In this document: piece after piece, positions 39,763-49,031 of the stretch
Layout of the letters: each line of letters begins with the position of its first letter
Numbering within the stretch: the first letter of the stretch is position 1
NCBI GenBank assembly: GCA_963719495.1
Contig: CAVRCI010000004.1
Location: 32,001-96,000, forward strand
Source of the DNA: an uncultured Verrucomicrobiae bacterium
GTDB taxonomy: Bacteria; Verrucomicrobiota; Verrucomicrobiia; Chthoniobacterales; JAATET01
Length of the DNA stretch: 64,000 nucleotides
Reading direction: 5' to 3'
Made by a program: the position numbers and the translations under genes
The notes under the pieces: generated by a model
What the model was told of the DNA's origin: nothing
The model's input: only the letters and a program-made list of their open reading frames with translations
The model's database searches: none

Positions 39763-41253
39763 TTAGCCTTTTGTTACCAGGACTCGGTTTGGGGTGGACT
39801 CGATTACGGTGATCTTGGTGCCGGATTCGATGTATTCGCCGTCGGTGATGACGTCGATGAAGGCGGCTCCGATTTGGGCTTTTCCCGTCGGGCGGAGGGT
39901 GGATCTGGCGATGCCGGTGTCTCCCGCTTTTGCGGCGAGGTCGTAGACGTCGCGGGTTTGGGTCGTGATGGAAGGGCCAATCGGGTTGTGGGTGGCGAGG
40001 ATGAGTCGGCGGAAGACGGGGAGCTCGGGGAGGTAGCGGGCAAGGATGCTGATGAGGATCATGGCCAGAACGGCGGTGATGCCGAGGTTGATCATGGGGG
40101 TGACGAGGGCGTCGAAGCTGGGGATGACGGGGTCGCCGGGGTAGTAGTCGACCATGGCGAAGAAGATGCTGCCGAGCATGAGGGCCGTTCCGACGAGGGA
40201 GACGATGAGGATGCCGGGGAAGAAGATGAGCTCGAACAGAACGAGGAGGAGTCCGAGGACGAAGACGGCAACGACTTCGAAGCCGGTGAGACCCGCGACG
40301 CTGTGGCCGACGAAGAAGATGAGGAAGCACGTGCCGGCGAGGAAACCGGCGATGCCAAATCCGGGGGTCTTGAATTCCAGGTAGGTGCCGATGATTCCTC
40401 CGAGGAGAAAGAGGGGGGCGAGGACGGTGATGAGCTGGGCGACGCGTTCGAAGCCGCTGGGTTCGACGCGAACGGTGGCGCCCTGAAGACCGGCCTTTTC
40501 CGTGAGTTCGTCGAGGGTGGCGGCGGTGCCGTCGGCGAGGAGGCGGCGGCCGTCGTATTGTTTCATCGCTTCAGATGGGGTGAGGGTGAGGAGTTCGTCC
40601 TTGGGGCTGATGACTTCGTCGCCGATTTTGAATTCCTTCGTTTCGTCCATGAAGGCGTCGGCGAGGTTGGGGTCGTAGTCGTTGGCTTCGGCGACGCCGC
40701 GGAAGTAGGCGGAGCTGTAGGAAACGACCTTTTTTTTCATCGTTTCGGGAATGTCCTGACCTCCGCCCATCACGGGGGCGGCGGCCCCGATGGCGCTGAT
40801 CGGGGCCATGTAGACGTGCTTGGTCGCGAGGGCGATGAGGGCTCCGGCGGACCCGGCGTTGGTGTTGACCCAGGTGTAGGTCGGGATGGTGGATTTGGTG
40901 AGGAGTTGGACGATGTCCTGCGTGACGTCGATGCGGCCGCCGGGGGTGTCCATGTCGAGGATGACGGCGGAGGCTTTGGCGGTCTCGGCTTGCTTGAGGA
41001 CGCGGCGCAGGAAGACGAGCGTGGGTGGCGCGATCCCGCCTTCGATCGGGAGGACGACGACGGAGCCTTCGGTGATCGTGGGTTCTTCGGAATGCAGGTT
41101 TGAACAGAAGGTCGCGAAGAGCGCAAAGAATACGAAGAAGGGAATGGCGCTGCTGCCTCCCCCTCTTTTCTTTCCTTTCTTTGCGAACTTTGCGGGCTTC
41201 TGTTCAAAACAGAATCGCGACTCGGGGGCGGGTTGGGTAGGTTCGCGGGTCAT
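39763..41253 (-). CDS. NfeD-family membrane protein (ClpP-like protease domain, TM region, OB-fold)
   Basis: MDTPGG, AGSAGALIA, IGAA.PV, EFKTPGFG, LRPTGKA; start uncertain (MTREPT at 41253). Confidence 0.88.
   Translation of the reverse strand: MTREPTQPAPESRFCFEQKPAKFAKKGKKRGGGSSAIPFFVFFALFATFCSNLHSEEPTITEGSVVVLPIEGGIAPPTLVFLRRVLKQAETAKASAVILDMDTPGGRIDVTQDIVQLLTKSTIPTYTWVNTNAGSAGALIALATKHVYMAPISAIGAAAPVMGGGQDIPETMKKKVVSYSSAYFRGVAEANDYDPNLADAFMDETKEFKIGDEVISPKDELLTLTPSEAMKQYDGRRLLADGTAATLDELTEKAGLQGATVRVEPSGFERVAQLITVLAPLFLLGGIIGTYLEFKTPGFGIAGFLAGTCFLIFFVGHSVAGLTGFEVVAVFVLGLLLVLFELIFFPGILIVSLVGTALMLGSIFFAMVDYYPGDPVIPSFDALVTPMINLGITAVLAMILISILARYLPELPVFRRLILATHNPIGPSITTQTRDVYDLAAKAGDTGIARSTLRPTGKAQIGAAFIDVITDGEYIESGTKITVIESTPNRVLVTKG
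41099..41208. repeat. 32-bp-arm inverted repeat (TTTGAACAGAAG...) inside the NfeD 5' coding region
   Basis: Arms at 41099-41130 and 41177-41208 (5 mismatches); homologous intergenic copies at 51986-52129 and 50771-50818. Confidence 0.85.
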
Positions 41254-43012
41254 GGCTCTCATTTCAGACGATACGATTGAACGGGTGCGGGCGGCGAATG
41301 ATATCGTCGACCTGATCGGATCGTATCTTCAGCTCAAGCGGGCGGGGTCGAGTTGGAAGGGGCTGTGCCCGTTTCACAACGAGAAGTCGCCTTCGTTCCA
41401 CGTGACGCCGAGTAAGCAGATGTTTTACTGCTTCGGCTGCGGGGCGGGGGGGAGCGTTTTTCGGTTTGTTCAGGATTACGAGGGGATCGATTTTCCGGCG
41501 GCGGTGCGACGGTTGGCGGCGAAGTCGGGGATCGTGATCGAGGAGGAGACGGATGAGGATCGGGAGCGGCGGGGGGACCGGGATCGGTTGCTGGCGCTGC
41601 ACCGGGCGGCGGCGGAGTGGTATCATGCCAACCTCACGAGGCGGAAGAGCGGGGCGGTGGCTCGGGAGTATCTCAAGGGGCGGGGGATCGGGTCGGAGGT
41701 GGCGACTCGGTGGAAGCTGGGGTATGCGCCGGACGGGTGGGATGGATTGACGCGGTGGGCGGCGGGCGAGGGGTATGGCGAGGGGGAGATGCTGCGGGCG
41801 GGGTTGGTGGCGAAGCGGGACGGGGGCGGGGCCTACGATCGGTTTCGGAATCGGGTGATGTTTCCGATTTACAGTGATTACGGCGAGGTGATCGCGTTCA
41901 GCGGGCGGACGCTGGGGGACGATCCGGCGAAATACGTGAACTCGCCGGAGACGCCGATTTTTACGAAGGGACGCGTGTTGTTTGGGCTGCACCAGACGAA
42001 GCGGGCGATCCTGGACGCGGACGAGGCGGTGGTGTGCGAGGGGCAGGTGGATTGCATCGCGGCGTTCGAGGCCGGGGTGACGAACGTGATCGCGCCGCAG
42101 GGGACGGCATTTACCGAGCAGCAGGCTCGGTTGGTGCGGCAGTTTGCGGGGACGGCGGTGCTGTGTTTCGACTCGGATGGGGCGGGGCGGAAGGCGGTGG
42201 ACCGGTCGTTGCCGGCTTTGCTGGCGAAGGGGGTCGCGGTGCGGGTCGCGCGGATGCCGGCGGGGGAGGATCCGGATTCGTTGATTCGCAGGGACGGGGT
42301 GGAGGCGTTTCGGGAGCGGATCGGGGCGGCGCGGGATTACTTCGAGGAGGCGGTCGAATTGGGGCTGGCGGAGGATTCGTCGCCGCGGGGGCGGGCGGAG
42401 ATCGCGGGGCGGCTGGCGGTTTTTCTCAAGTCGATCGAGGATCTGGCGTTGCGCGAGGCGTTGGGGAACCGGATTCGAGCGAGGCTGGAGATCAGCGCCG
42501 AGGCGTTCTCGTCGATCCTGCGGTCGGCGCGGGTGGATGGGGGCGGGGCGAAGGTCGAGGAGGCGGCGCCGAACATCGAGGTGGTGGTGCTGTCGGAGTC
42601 GGCTCGGTTGCTTTGCCGGGTGGCGATCGCTTCGCCCGCGGCGCGGGCCTGGTTGCGGGATTGTCCGGCGCTGGCGGGGAGTCACGGGGAGCAGTATCGG
42701 CTGGTTGATCGGTTGGTCGACAGCGAGCTGGCGCTCGAGACGGCGGCGGGGTTGGCGGCGTTTGGCGGGACGCTCGACGGGCCGGAGGAGCGGGCGTTGA
42801 GCGGATTGAATCTGGATCATTTGCCGGCGGATCCGGTGCGGGCGGCGAAGGAGGCGTGGGCGGGGCTGGAGGCGCGGCGGCTGCGGGAGCGGATCGCGGC
42901 GTTGCAGGCGCGGATGCGGGCTCCGGGTCGGTCGATGGCGGAGGTCGCCGAGATCCACAAACAAGTTCTTGACCTCCAGAACGAGCTATCGCAGGTTACC
43001 CGGCCCTTTTGA
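41252..43012 (+). CDS. dnaG: DNA primase
   Basis: [11 protein letters not shown]...CFGC Zn finger, [19 protein letters not shown], Toprim EG..D and FDSDGAG; start MALISD (41252). Confidence 0.97.
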   Translation: MALISDDTIERVRAANDIVDLIGSYLQLKRAGSSWKGLCPFHNEKSPSFHVTPSKQMFYCFGCGAGGSVFRFVQDYEGIDFPAAVRRLAAKSGIVIEEETDEDRERRGDRDRLLALHRAAAEWYHANLTRRKSGAVAREYLKGRGIGSEVATRWKLGYAPDGWDGLTRWAAGEGYGEGEMLRAGLVAKRDGGGAYDRFRNRVMFPIYSDYGEVIAFSGRTLGDDPAKYVNSPETPIFTKGRVLFGLHQTKRAILDADEAVVCEGQVDCIAAFEAGVTNVIAPQGTAFTEQQARLVRQFAGTAVLCFDSDGAGRKAVDRSLPALLAKGVAVRVARMPAGEDPDSLIRRDGVEAFRERIGAARDYFEEAVELGLAEDSSPRGRAEIAGRLAVFLKSIEDLALREALGNRIRARLEISAEAFSSILRSARVDGGGAKVEEAAPNIEVVVLSESARLLCRVAIASPAARAWLRDCPALAGSHGEQYRLVDRLVDSELALETAAGLAAFGGTLDGPEERALSGLNLDHLPADPVRAAKEAWAGLEARRLRERIAALQARMRAPGRSMAEVAEIHKQVLDLQNELSQVTRPF

Positions 43013-43037
43013 CCCTAGCCAAGCTGCCCAACTTTTT

Positions 43038-45137
43038 TTGAAAGCCAATTCCAAAGCCACCGGGAAAACGGCGTCCAAGGAGACGTCGACCGCTCGTCCG
43101 AAAGCCACCTCCGACAAGCCGACTGGAGCGGCGAAGGCGAAGAAGCCATCCCGGGCCGCATCCGGGGATGACAGCGCTTCGGCGGTCGCGGAATCTCCGG
43201 TCGAGAAGGCCGTGAAGGCGACCAAGCCCGCGAAAGCGAAGGCTCCGGTGAAAAAGGCGAAGTCCCCGGTGAAAAAGACGGAGGCCGCCACGAACGGCTC
43301 GGAACCCGCGAAGGCGAAAACCGCTCCGAAGGCGAAAACCGCCCCGAAGGCCAAGGCTGCGGCGAAGTCCGCGAAGAAGGAAGCCGCGCCGAAGGCGGTG
43401 TCCGAGGACGAGTCGAAGGCAGAAGCTCTCAAACAAATCGCCGACGCGGTCTCCGCGAGTGCTGGCTCGAACGGCGAAGGGGCCGCGAAGCCGAGTGGTG
43501 AGATCCAGAAGGCGATTCAGGACAAGGTCCGTGAGCTGATCAAATTGGCCAAGGAGCAGGGTTACGTCACTTTCGAGGACCTGGAGGAGGCTCTGCCGGA
43601 TGGCGTGACCGACCCGGATACGCTCGACAACATCATTTCCCAGCTCCGCGGCGTGGAGATCGACATCATCGATTCGTCGGACGTCGACAATCACGAGAGT
43701 CAGAAGGAGAAGAAGGACGACGACGACGAGAAGGACGAGAAGCCGGACACGAAACTCGACATCCTCGACGATCCGGTTCGCATGTATCTGCGTCAAATGG
43801 GCCAGGTGCCTCTGCTGACCCGGGAGCAGGAGGTCGAGATCTCCAAGCGAATCGAGGACGCCGAAGTGAAAGTGCAGGAAATTCTGTATCGCTTCGGGTT
43901 CGTGGCGCGTGGTCACCTCGACCTCGCCGAGAAGCTGATCGAAATGCGCGAGCGCTTCGACCGCGTGATTCAGGACAAGAAGATCGAGAGCCGCGAGCGT
44001 TACATGAAAGTGCTGCCGCGCCTGTGTCAGCAGGTTCGCAAGGCGAACGAGCGGATCACCGAGACGTATCGCGAGATCCTGTCCACCAAGGGCGGGAAGG
44101 GGACCGAGGAACAGCGCAAGGGATTCGACAAGAACGTGGCGTCCCTCGCGAAGCTTTACCCGAAATTCTTCTTCAAACAGAAGGTCATCGAAGACTTCGT
44201 GGTGGTGGCCGACGAGCAGCACCGGCTCTTCCGCAACCTCGGTCGTGAGATCGAGCGGGCGGCGAAATCGACCAAGGACGACAGCCACAAGGCGAAGCGC
44301 AATCTTTCGCAGCAGCTCACCGAAGTGGAGGTGCGCGTCTGGCAGAATCCGGACGAATACGAGGCCTCGCACGTCGAGCTCTCGACCTGGCACGGAAAGG
44401 CGCTCAAGGCGAAGACCGAGATGGTCGAAGCCAACCTGCGACTCGTGATTTCCATCGCGAAGAAATACACGAACCGCGGACTGTCGTTCCTCGATCTGAT
44501 TCAGGAAGGCAACATGGGCCTGATGAAGGCGGTCGAGAAATTCGAGTATCGGCGCGGGTATAAATTCTCCACCTACGCGACGTGGTGGATTCGCCAAGCG
44601 ATCACGCGTTCGATTGCGGATCAGGCCCGGACGATCCGGATCCCGGTCCACATGATCGAGACGATCAACAAGCTGATCCGCGTGCAGAAGCAGCTGGTGC
44701 AGGAATACGGACGTGAGCCGAATCCCGAGGAAGTTGCGGACGAGATCCAGCTTCCCGTCGAGCGCGTGCGGGCGGTGTTGAAAATGGCTCAGCAGCCGAT
44801 TTCGTTGCAGGCTCCGGTGGGTGATTCCGACGACACGAGCTTCGGTGATTTCATCGAGGACAAGGGCGCGGAGAACCCGGCGGATCAGGCTGCGATCGTG
44901 CTGCTCAAGGACAAGATCAAGGACGTGCTGGACTCGTTGACCGAGCGGGAGCGGCAGGTGCTCGAGCAGCGGTTTGGGCTGGTCGATGGCTACAGCCGGA
45001 CGCTTGAAGAGGTCGGGCGTCAGTTCAAGGTGACCCGCGAGCGGATTCGTCAGATCGAGGCGAAGGCGCTTCGCAAAATGCGTCACCCGACGCGCATTCG
45101 GCAGCTCGAGGGGTTCCTCGAGCCGCAGGATATGTAG
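43038..45137 (+). CDS. rpoD: RNA polymerase primary sigma factor with an Ala/Lys/Pro-rich N-terminal extension
   Basis: [46 protein letters not shown]; follows dnaG; TTG start at 43038 is tentative. Confidence 0.97.
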   Translation: MKANSKATGKTASKETSTARPKATSDKPTGAAKAKKPSRAASGDDSASAVAESPVEKAVKATKPAKAKAPVKKAKSPVKKTEAATNGSEPAKAKTAPKAKTAPKAKAAAKSAKKEAAPKAVSEDESKAEALKQIADAVSASAGSNGEGAAKPSGEIQKAIQDKVRELIKLAKEQGYVTFEDLEEALPDGVTDPDTLDNIISQLRGVEIDIIDSSDVDNHESQKEKKDDDDEKDEKPDTKLDILDDPVRMYLRQMGQVPLLTREQEVEISKRIEDAEVKVQEILYRFGFVARGHLDLAEKLIEMRERFDRVIQDKKIESRERYMKVLPRLCQQVRKANERITETYREILSTKGGKGTEEQRKGFDKNVASLAKLYPKFFFKQKVIEDFVVVADEQHRLFRNLGREIERAAKSTKDDSHKAKRNLSQQLTEVEVRVWQNPDEYEASHVELSTWHGKALKAKTEMVEANLRLVISIAKKYTNRGLSFLDLIQEGNMGLMKAVEKFEYRRGYKFSTYATWWIRQAITRSIADQARTIRIPVHMIETINKLIRVQKQLVQEYGREPNPEEVADEIQLPVERVRAVLKMAQQPISLQAPVGDSDDTSFGDFIEDKGAENPADQAAIVLLKDKIKDVLDSLTERERQVLEQRFGLVDGYSRTLEEVGRQFKVTRERIRQIEAKALRKMRHPTRIRQLEGFLEPQDM

Positions 45138-45335
45138 CTTGGCTCGGGTGCGGTGCGGTGTCTGCGGTCCGCGCCGGGCTGGGCTGTGCGCAATTTTTTG
45201 GTTGAATCGGCTTTGGGCCGATTTCGGGTTGGTGATCGGCTGGAAGCCGATGCCACGTTTTTGGCGATCGTGGCTTTGGTGGATGGCTGAGTTTTTTTTT
45301 GCAACCTTGTGGGTTTTTGCGGGTTTGTTCCCGTG

Positions 45336-45650
45336 ATGGATGAGTTGGATGAATTGATGGGCCGGGCGCCGATGCGGGAGGCTTCGCCCTGGTTTGCGGA
45401 TCGCGTGGTGCGGTCGGTGGACGGGATCGGGCGGGACTCGGTGGTTGGGGGATGGTTTCGATGGGTCCTGCCTTTGGGAGTTGCCGGGTCGTTGGCGATT
45501 TTGGCTCTGATCGCGATTGGGTCGGACGATGCTCGCGAGACGCGGGTGGCGGTCGGCGGGGTGGTCGTGGAATTTGAAACGATCCGGGACTTGGATCTCA
45601 TCGTCGCGGCAGGCGAAACCAATTTATGGCTAGAAAATACCACACTTTAA
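45336..45650 (+). CDS. Small single-TM protein, anti-sigma-like
   Basis: SPWFADRV then a TM helix; overlaps the next gene. Confidence 0.5.
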   Translation: MDELDELMGRAPMREASPWFADRVVRSVDGIGRDSVVGGWFRWVLPLGVAGSLAILALIAIGSDDARETRVAVGGVVVEFETIRDLDLIVAAGETNLWLENTTL

Positions 45651-46348
45651 TCGTCGCTCTGGCGGCGCTTGTTTTCATTTCGGCTTCGAAGTCGGCTCCG
45701 CCGGAGCCGCCGCCTGAACTGGAGCAGCGGACGCCGGCTCCGGAGCGGGATGCGAAGAAGGACCGGGAGCGCGGTTCGAAGGAGGGTGACCGGCCGATGC
45801 GGTCGAAGGATGGCAAGGGCGACAAGTCGGGCAAAAACAAAAAGGACGGAAAGGGTGAGAAGTCGGAGGGTGATCGCGATGACCGGCGACGGGGTCGTGA
45901 AATGGCTCGGCCGGGTGGTCCGGGCGGTGATGGGCGCAGGGGTGACGACCGCACGGATGGCGGGGTGCCGAAGGAGTTTCGGGAGCGGTTCGAGAAATTG
46001 CCGCCCGAGGCCAAGCGTCGGTTTCTCGCGAATTGGTCGCAGTGGCGCGAGATGGAGCCCCGGGAGCGCCGAGAGGCGATGCAACGGGCTTTTTCGGAGC
46101 GGAAGCGGGTCGACAACGTGATCGACGAGGCGCTGACGAAGCTTGGATTGGACCTGACCCCGGATGAGCGGGAGGTCTTCGAGCTGCGCTACCGGCAGGA
46201 ACGGCGGAAGGTCGAGGAGGGGCTGCGGGATGAGGTGGCTGCGATGCGCAAGACGCGGGTGGACGCGATGATGGAGACGCTGAGGGCGGAGTTTGGTGGG
46301 CGGGCTGAGGTTGTCGCTGAGCCGGACGCGTCGCCTGGGGCGAGGTGA
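45626..46348 (+). CDS. Secreted charged helical protein (DUF3106-like)
   Basis: Signal peptide, low-complexity linker, FEKLPPEAKRRFLANWSQWREMEPRER. Confidence 0.6.
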   Translation: MARKYHTLIVALAALVFISASKSAPPEPPPELEQRTPAPERDAKKDRERGSKEGDRPMRSKDGKGDKSGKNKKDGKGEKSEGDRDDRRRGREMARPGGPGGDGRRGDDRTDGGVPKEFRERFEKLPPEAKRRFLANWSQWREMEPRERREAMQRAFSERKRVDNVIDEALTKLGLDLTPDEREVFELRYRQERRKVEEGLRDEVAAMRKTRVDAMMETLRAEFGGRAEVVAEPDASPGAR

Positions 46349-46380
46349 AAGATTTGATCGCCTGCGGCGATTGGGGTTGG

Positions 46381-46494
46381 GTCGGCGATTGCAAATCGCC
46401 GCTCCTTGAAGGTCGGCTTTCTCGCTTCGCTCGATTTACCAACTCCGGCGCGGCGGGACGCCGCCGCTCGCACGCGGGGACGCGTGCGGTCCCC
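46381..46494. repeat. Composite REP cluster between convergent genes
   Basis: Close paralogue of 39654-39760. Confidence 0.8.
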
Positions 46495-46498
46495 GCTT

Positions 46499-47137
46499 TT
46501 AGTCGGTTACGGTGACCTGGGTGCCTAGTTTGACTCTTTCGTAGAAGAGTTTGGCGATGTCCTGGGGCATGCGGATGCAGCCGTGCGAGGCGGGGTAGCC
46601 GGGGAGTTCGCCGACGTGCATGCCGACTCCCTGCCAGGTCATTCGCATGAACCATTGCATGGGGGCTCCGCGGTAGGTGGTGCCGCTGGGCGCGGAGTCG
46701 ATGCGGGTGCTGACGCCGGAGCGGACAACCTCGCCGCGGCTATTGACGAAGCTGCCGTAGATGTTGGACCGGTGGTCGGCGTCCTTCTCGAGGATCGTGA
46801 AGGAGCCTTTGGGGGTCATGCCCGCGCTTTTCCCGGAGGAGATGGGAGTGTCGATGGCGATCTCGTCACCGACCATGAGGTAGGCGCGCTGTTTGCCGAG
46901 GGAGACGACGACCTGGGTGTTGCCCGGGTTGGCGAGTTCGAGAACGCGGGGAACCGTCTTCGGCTGGCCGGGTTTCGAGATGAGCTCGGAGGCGGGTTTT
47001 TGCTTCTTTGGGCGTGAGTCCCGCGGGTCCATGTCGGGGACGGAGGCGAAGCGCGGGCGGGGTTTCGAAAACGAATCGGGAGCGGTGAGCAGGAAAGCGG
47101 TGGCGAGCAACGTGGCGGCTCGGAGGGTGCATCTCAT
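46499..47137 (-). CDS. L,D-transpeptidase (YkuD family)
   Basis: Signal peptide, ISSG...TP.G.F, MH.G.LPGYPASHGCIR; start set at MRCTLR (47137). Confidence 0.92.
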   Translation of the reverse strand: MRCTLRAATLLATAFLLTAPDSFSKPRPRFASVPDMDPRDSRPKKQKPASELISKPGQPKTVPRVLELANPGNTQVVVSLGKQRAYLMVGDEIAIDTPISSGKSAGMTPKGSFTILEKDADHRSNIYGSFVNSRGEVVRSGVSTRIDSAPSGTTYRGAPMQWFMRMTWQGVGMHVGELPGYPASHGCIRMPQDIAKLFYERVKLGTQVTVTD

Positions 47138-47198
47138 TGGGAAAATTCGCATCGCGCTTGAGTCGAAGGCTTCGGGAGTCAAGACTCTGCGATACTTC

Positions 47199-49031
47199 TT
47201 GAAGACCGATTTATCAACGACTTTCCCGGCGGGTGGCTGGCGGCGGTGGGTGCGCTGGCCCGCTTTGGGCCTGGTCTGGACCCTCTCGTTCGGGCTCGAA
47301 TTCGCGCGTGGGGACATCGATCTGCCGGCTCCGCCGCCGCCGCAGCCGAAGGCTCAGACGGTGACGGTTTTCGTCGGGGAATCGGTGGACGTTCCGCTGG
47401 CCGGGGTGAGCCGGACGGGGATGCAGGTGAAGTTTCTGATTCGCAGCAAGCCCGAGCTGGGGACGTTGACGAAGCTGCGGGACGAGGATCGGAGCAATGC
47501 CCTGGTGACCTACACGAGCGACGCGGCGCGGGGCGCGGGGGTGGATTCGTTTCGCTACGCGGTGCAGGTGGCGAATTCCGGGGTGTCGGCTTCGGCGGAG
47601 GTAAGGGTGGTGGTGCGCGAGCGGCCGCCGGTCTTCGAGGCTCCGGCGCGGCTGCAATTTGAAAACGTCGAATTGGGGGGCAGCGCGGTGGAGATCCTGG
47701 AATTCAGGAATGCCGGTGGGGGCGTGGTGGCGGGACGGGTCGAGCTGCCGGCGCCGTGGACGTTTCCGACCGGGAACGGAACCTATTCGTTGGGGCCGGA
47801 CGAGACGGCGCGTTTCGCCGTGAGATTCGCGCCGGAGATGGCGCGCAATTACGAAGGCACCGCGACCTTCAGTCACGACGCCCGGCGGCGGCTCGGGTTG
47901 AGCGGACGGGCGTTTGCGCCGATCGAGACGGCTCCATTGCGAATCGAACTCCGCCCGGTCGACGAGTCGGAGGTGCGATCGGGGTCGTTCACGATTCGCA
48001 ACGTGACGGATACGGCCCGGGTCCTGACGCTCGTGGCACCGCCCCAGGTCGTGGTGCAGGAGACGCTCGAAGTCGGACCGGGGGCGGAGAGCGAGGTGGC
48101 GTTGCACACGGAAGCAGGCTTCCTGGAAGCGCTGGATGGCAACGTCACGATCACGGGTAATTCGGTCGATCTGGTGGTCCCGCTGACCGTCAGTCCCGCT
48201 CCGGCGCGGCTGGTGGCGCGACCGGCGGGGGCGTTCGATCTGGGTAAACCGAAGGCGGGCGAGACGGTGCGGCGGACCGTGACGATCCGGAACGTGGGTG
48301 GGACGGCGGCGAAGCTCACGGCGGAGGTGCCTGGGGCGGTGCGGGTGTCGCCCGAGCCGACTCTGGAGCCCCTGGGTGCGGGGGCGGCGCGGGAGTTCGA
48401 GTTGAGCTTCGTGCGGACGTTGCCGGGTGCGGTGGCCGAGGAGGTGGTCTTCCGCGGCGGGGCGCAGCCGGTGAGGATCGCGCTGACGGGTGAGGTGGTG
48501 TCGACGCTGTCGACGGGTGGGACGGGGGCTGCGCCGGTCGGCCCGCTCGCGTTCGGCGGGATCAAGTTCAACGCGATTCCGCCGGTCGAGGAGATCGGCG
48601 TGACGCGGCTCACGCAAAACGAAATCGATCTGGCCTGGGACCTTCCGGTCGGGGGCGCGAAGGCGTTCGATTTGTATCAGCGGAAAATTTCCTTCGGCGA
48701 CGACGGCAAGGCGAAGAGCGGTTGGCAGCCGGTGCGGAATACGACGGTCGAGGTCGGTGAGAAGCAGGCGCGGGCGTTCCTGAAGGATCTTCGGGCGGGG
48801 GAGCAGGTGACGCTGTCGATCGTGGCGCTCGACGCGGATGGCAACGAATCGCAGCCATCGCCGCCCTTCCAGCTGGCGACGAAACCTCCGACGATCATCC
48901 GGGTGCCGTGGACGTTGGTGGTCATCGTGGCGCTGGGCGGGTGCGTCTGGGTCGTGGTGCGGGAGCGGCGGCGGTCGCGCGAGGAACGGGATCTGGACGA
49001 CCTCGAGGTGGAGCGGCGGATGCGGTTGTGA
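47199..49031 (+). CDS. Surface protein with multiple Ig-like beta-sandwich domains, an FN3-like domain and a C-terminal TM anchor
   Basis: GVDSFRY (Big_9-like), repeated I.N.GG (ASH/PapD-like), L.W...LRAG..V.L.IVA.D.DGNES (FN3-like), TM followed by RERRR; start uncertain. Confidence 0.7.
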   Translation: MKTDLSTTFPAGGWRRWVRWPALGLVWTLSFGLEFARGDIDLPAPPPPQPKAQTVTVFVGESVDVPLAGVSRTGMQVKFLIRSKPELGTLTKLRDEDRSNALVTYTSDAARGAGVDSFRYAVQVANSGVSASAEVRVVVRERPPVFEAPARLQFENVELGGSAVEILEFRNAGGGVVAGRVELPAPWTFPTGNGTYSLGPDETARFAVRFAPEMARNYEGTATFSHDARRRLGLSGRAFAPIETAPLRIELRPVDESEVRSGSFTIRNVTDTARVLTLVAPPQVVVQETLEVGPGAESEVALHTEAGFLEALDGNVTITGNSVDLVVPLTVSPAPARLVARPAGAFDLGKPKAGETVRRTVTIRNVGGTAAKLTAEVPGAVRVSPEPTLEPLGAGAAREFELSFVRTLPGAVAEEVVFRGGAQPVRIALTGEVVSTLSTGGTGAAPVGPLAFGGIKFNAIPPVEEIGVTRLTQNEIDLAWDLPVGGAKAFDLYQRKISFGDDGKAKSGWQPVRNTTVEVGEKQARAFLKDLRAGEQVTLSIVALDADGNESQPSPPFQLATKPPTIIRVPWTLVVIVALGGCVWVVVRERRRSREERDLDDLEVERRMRL

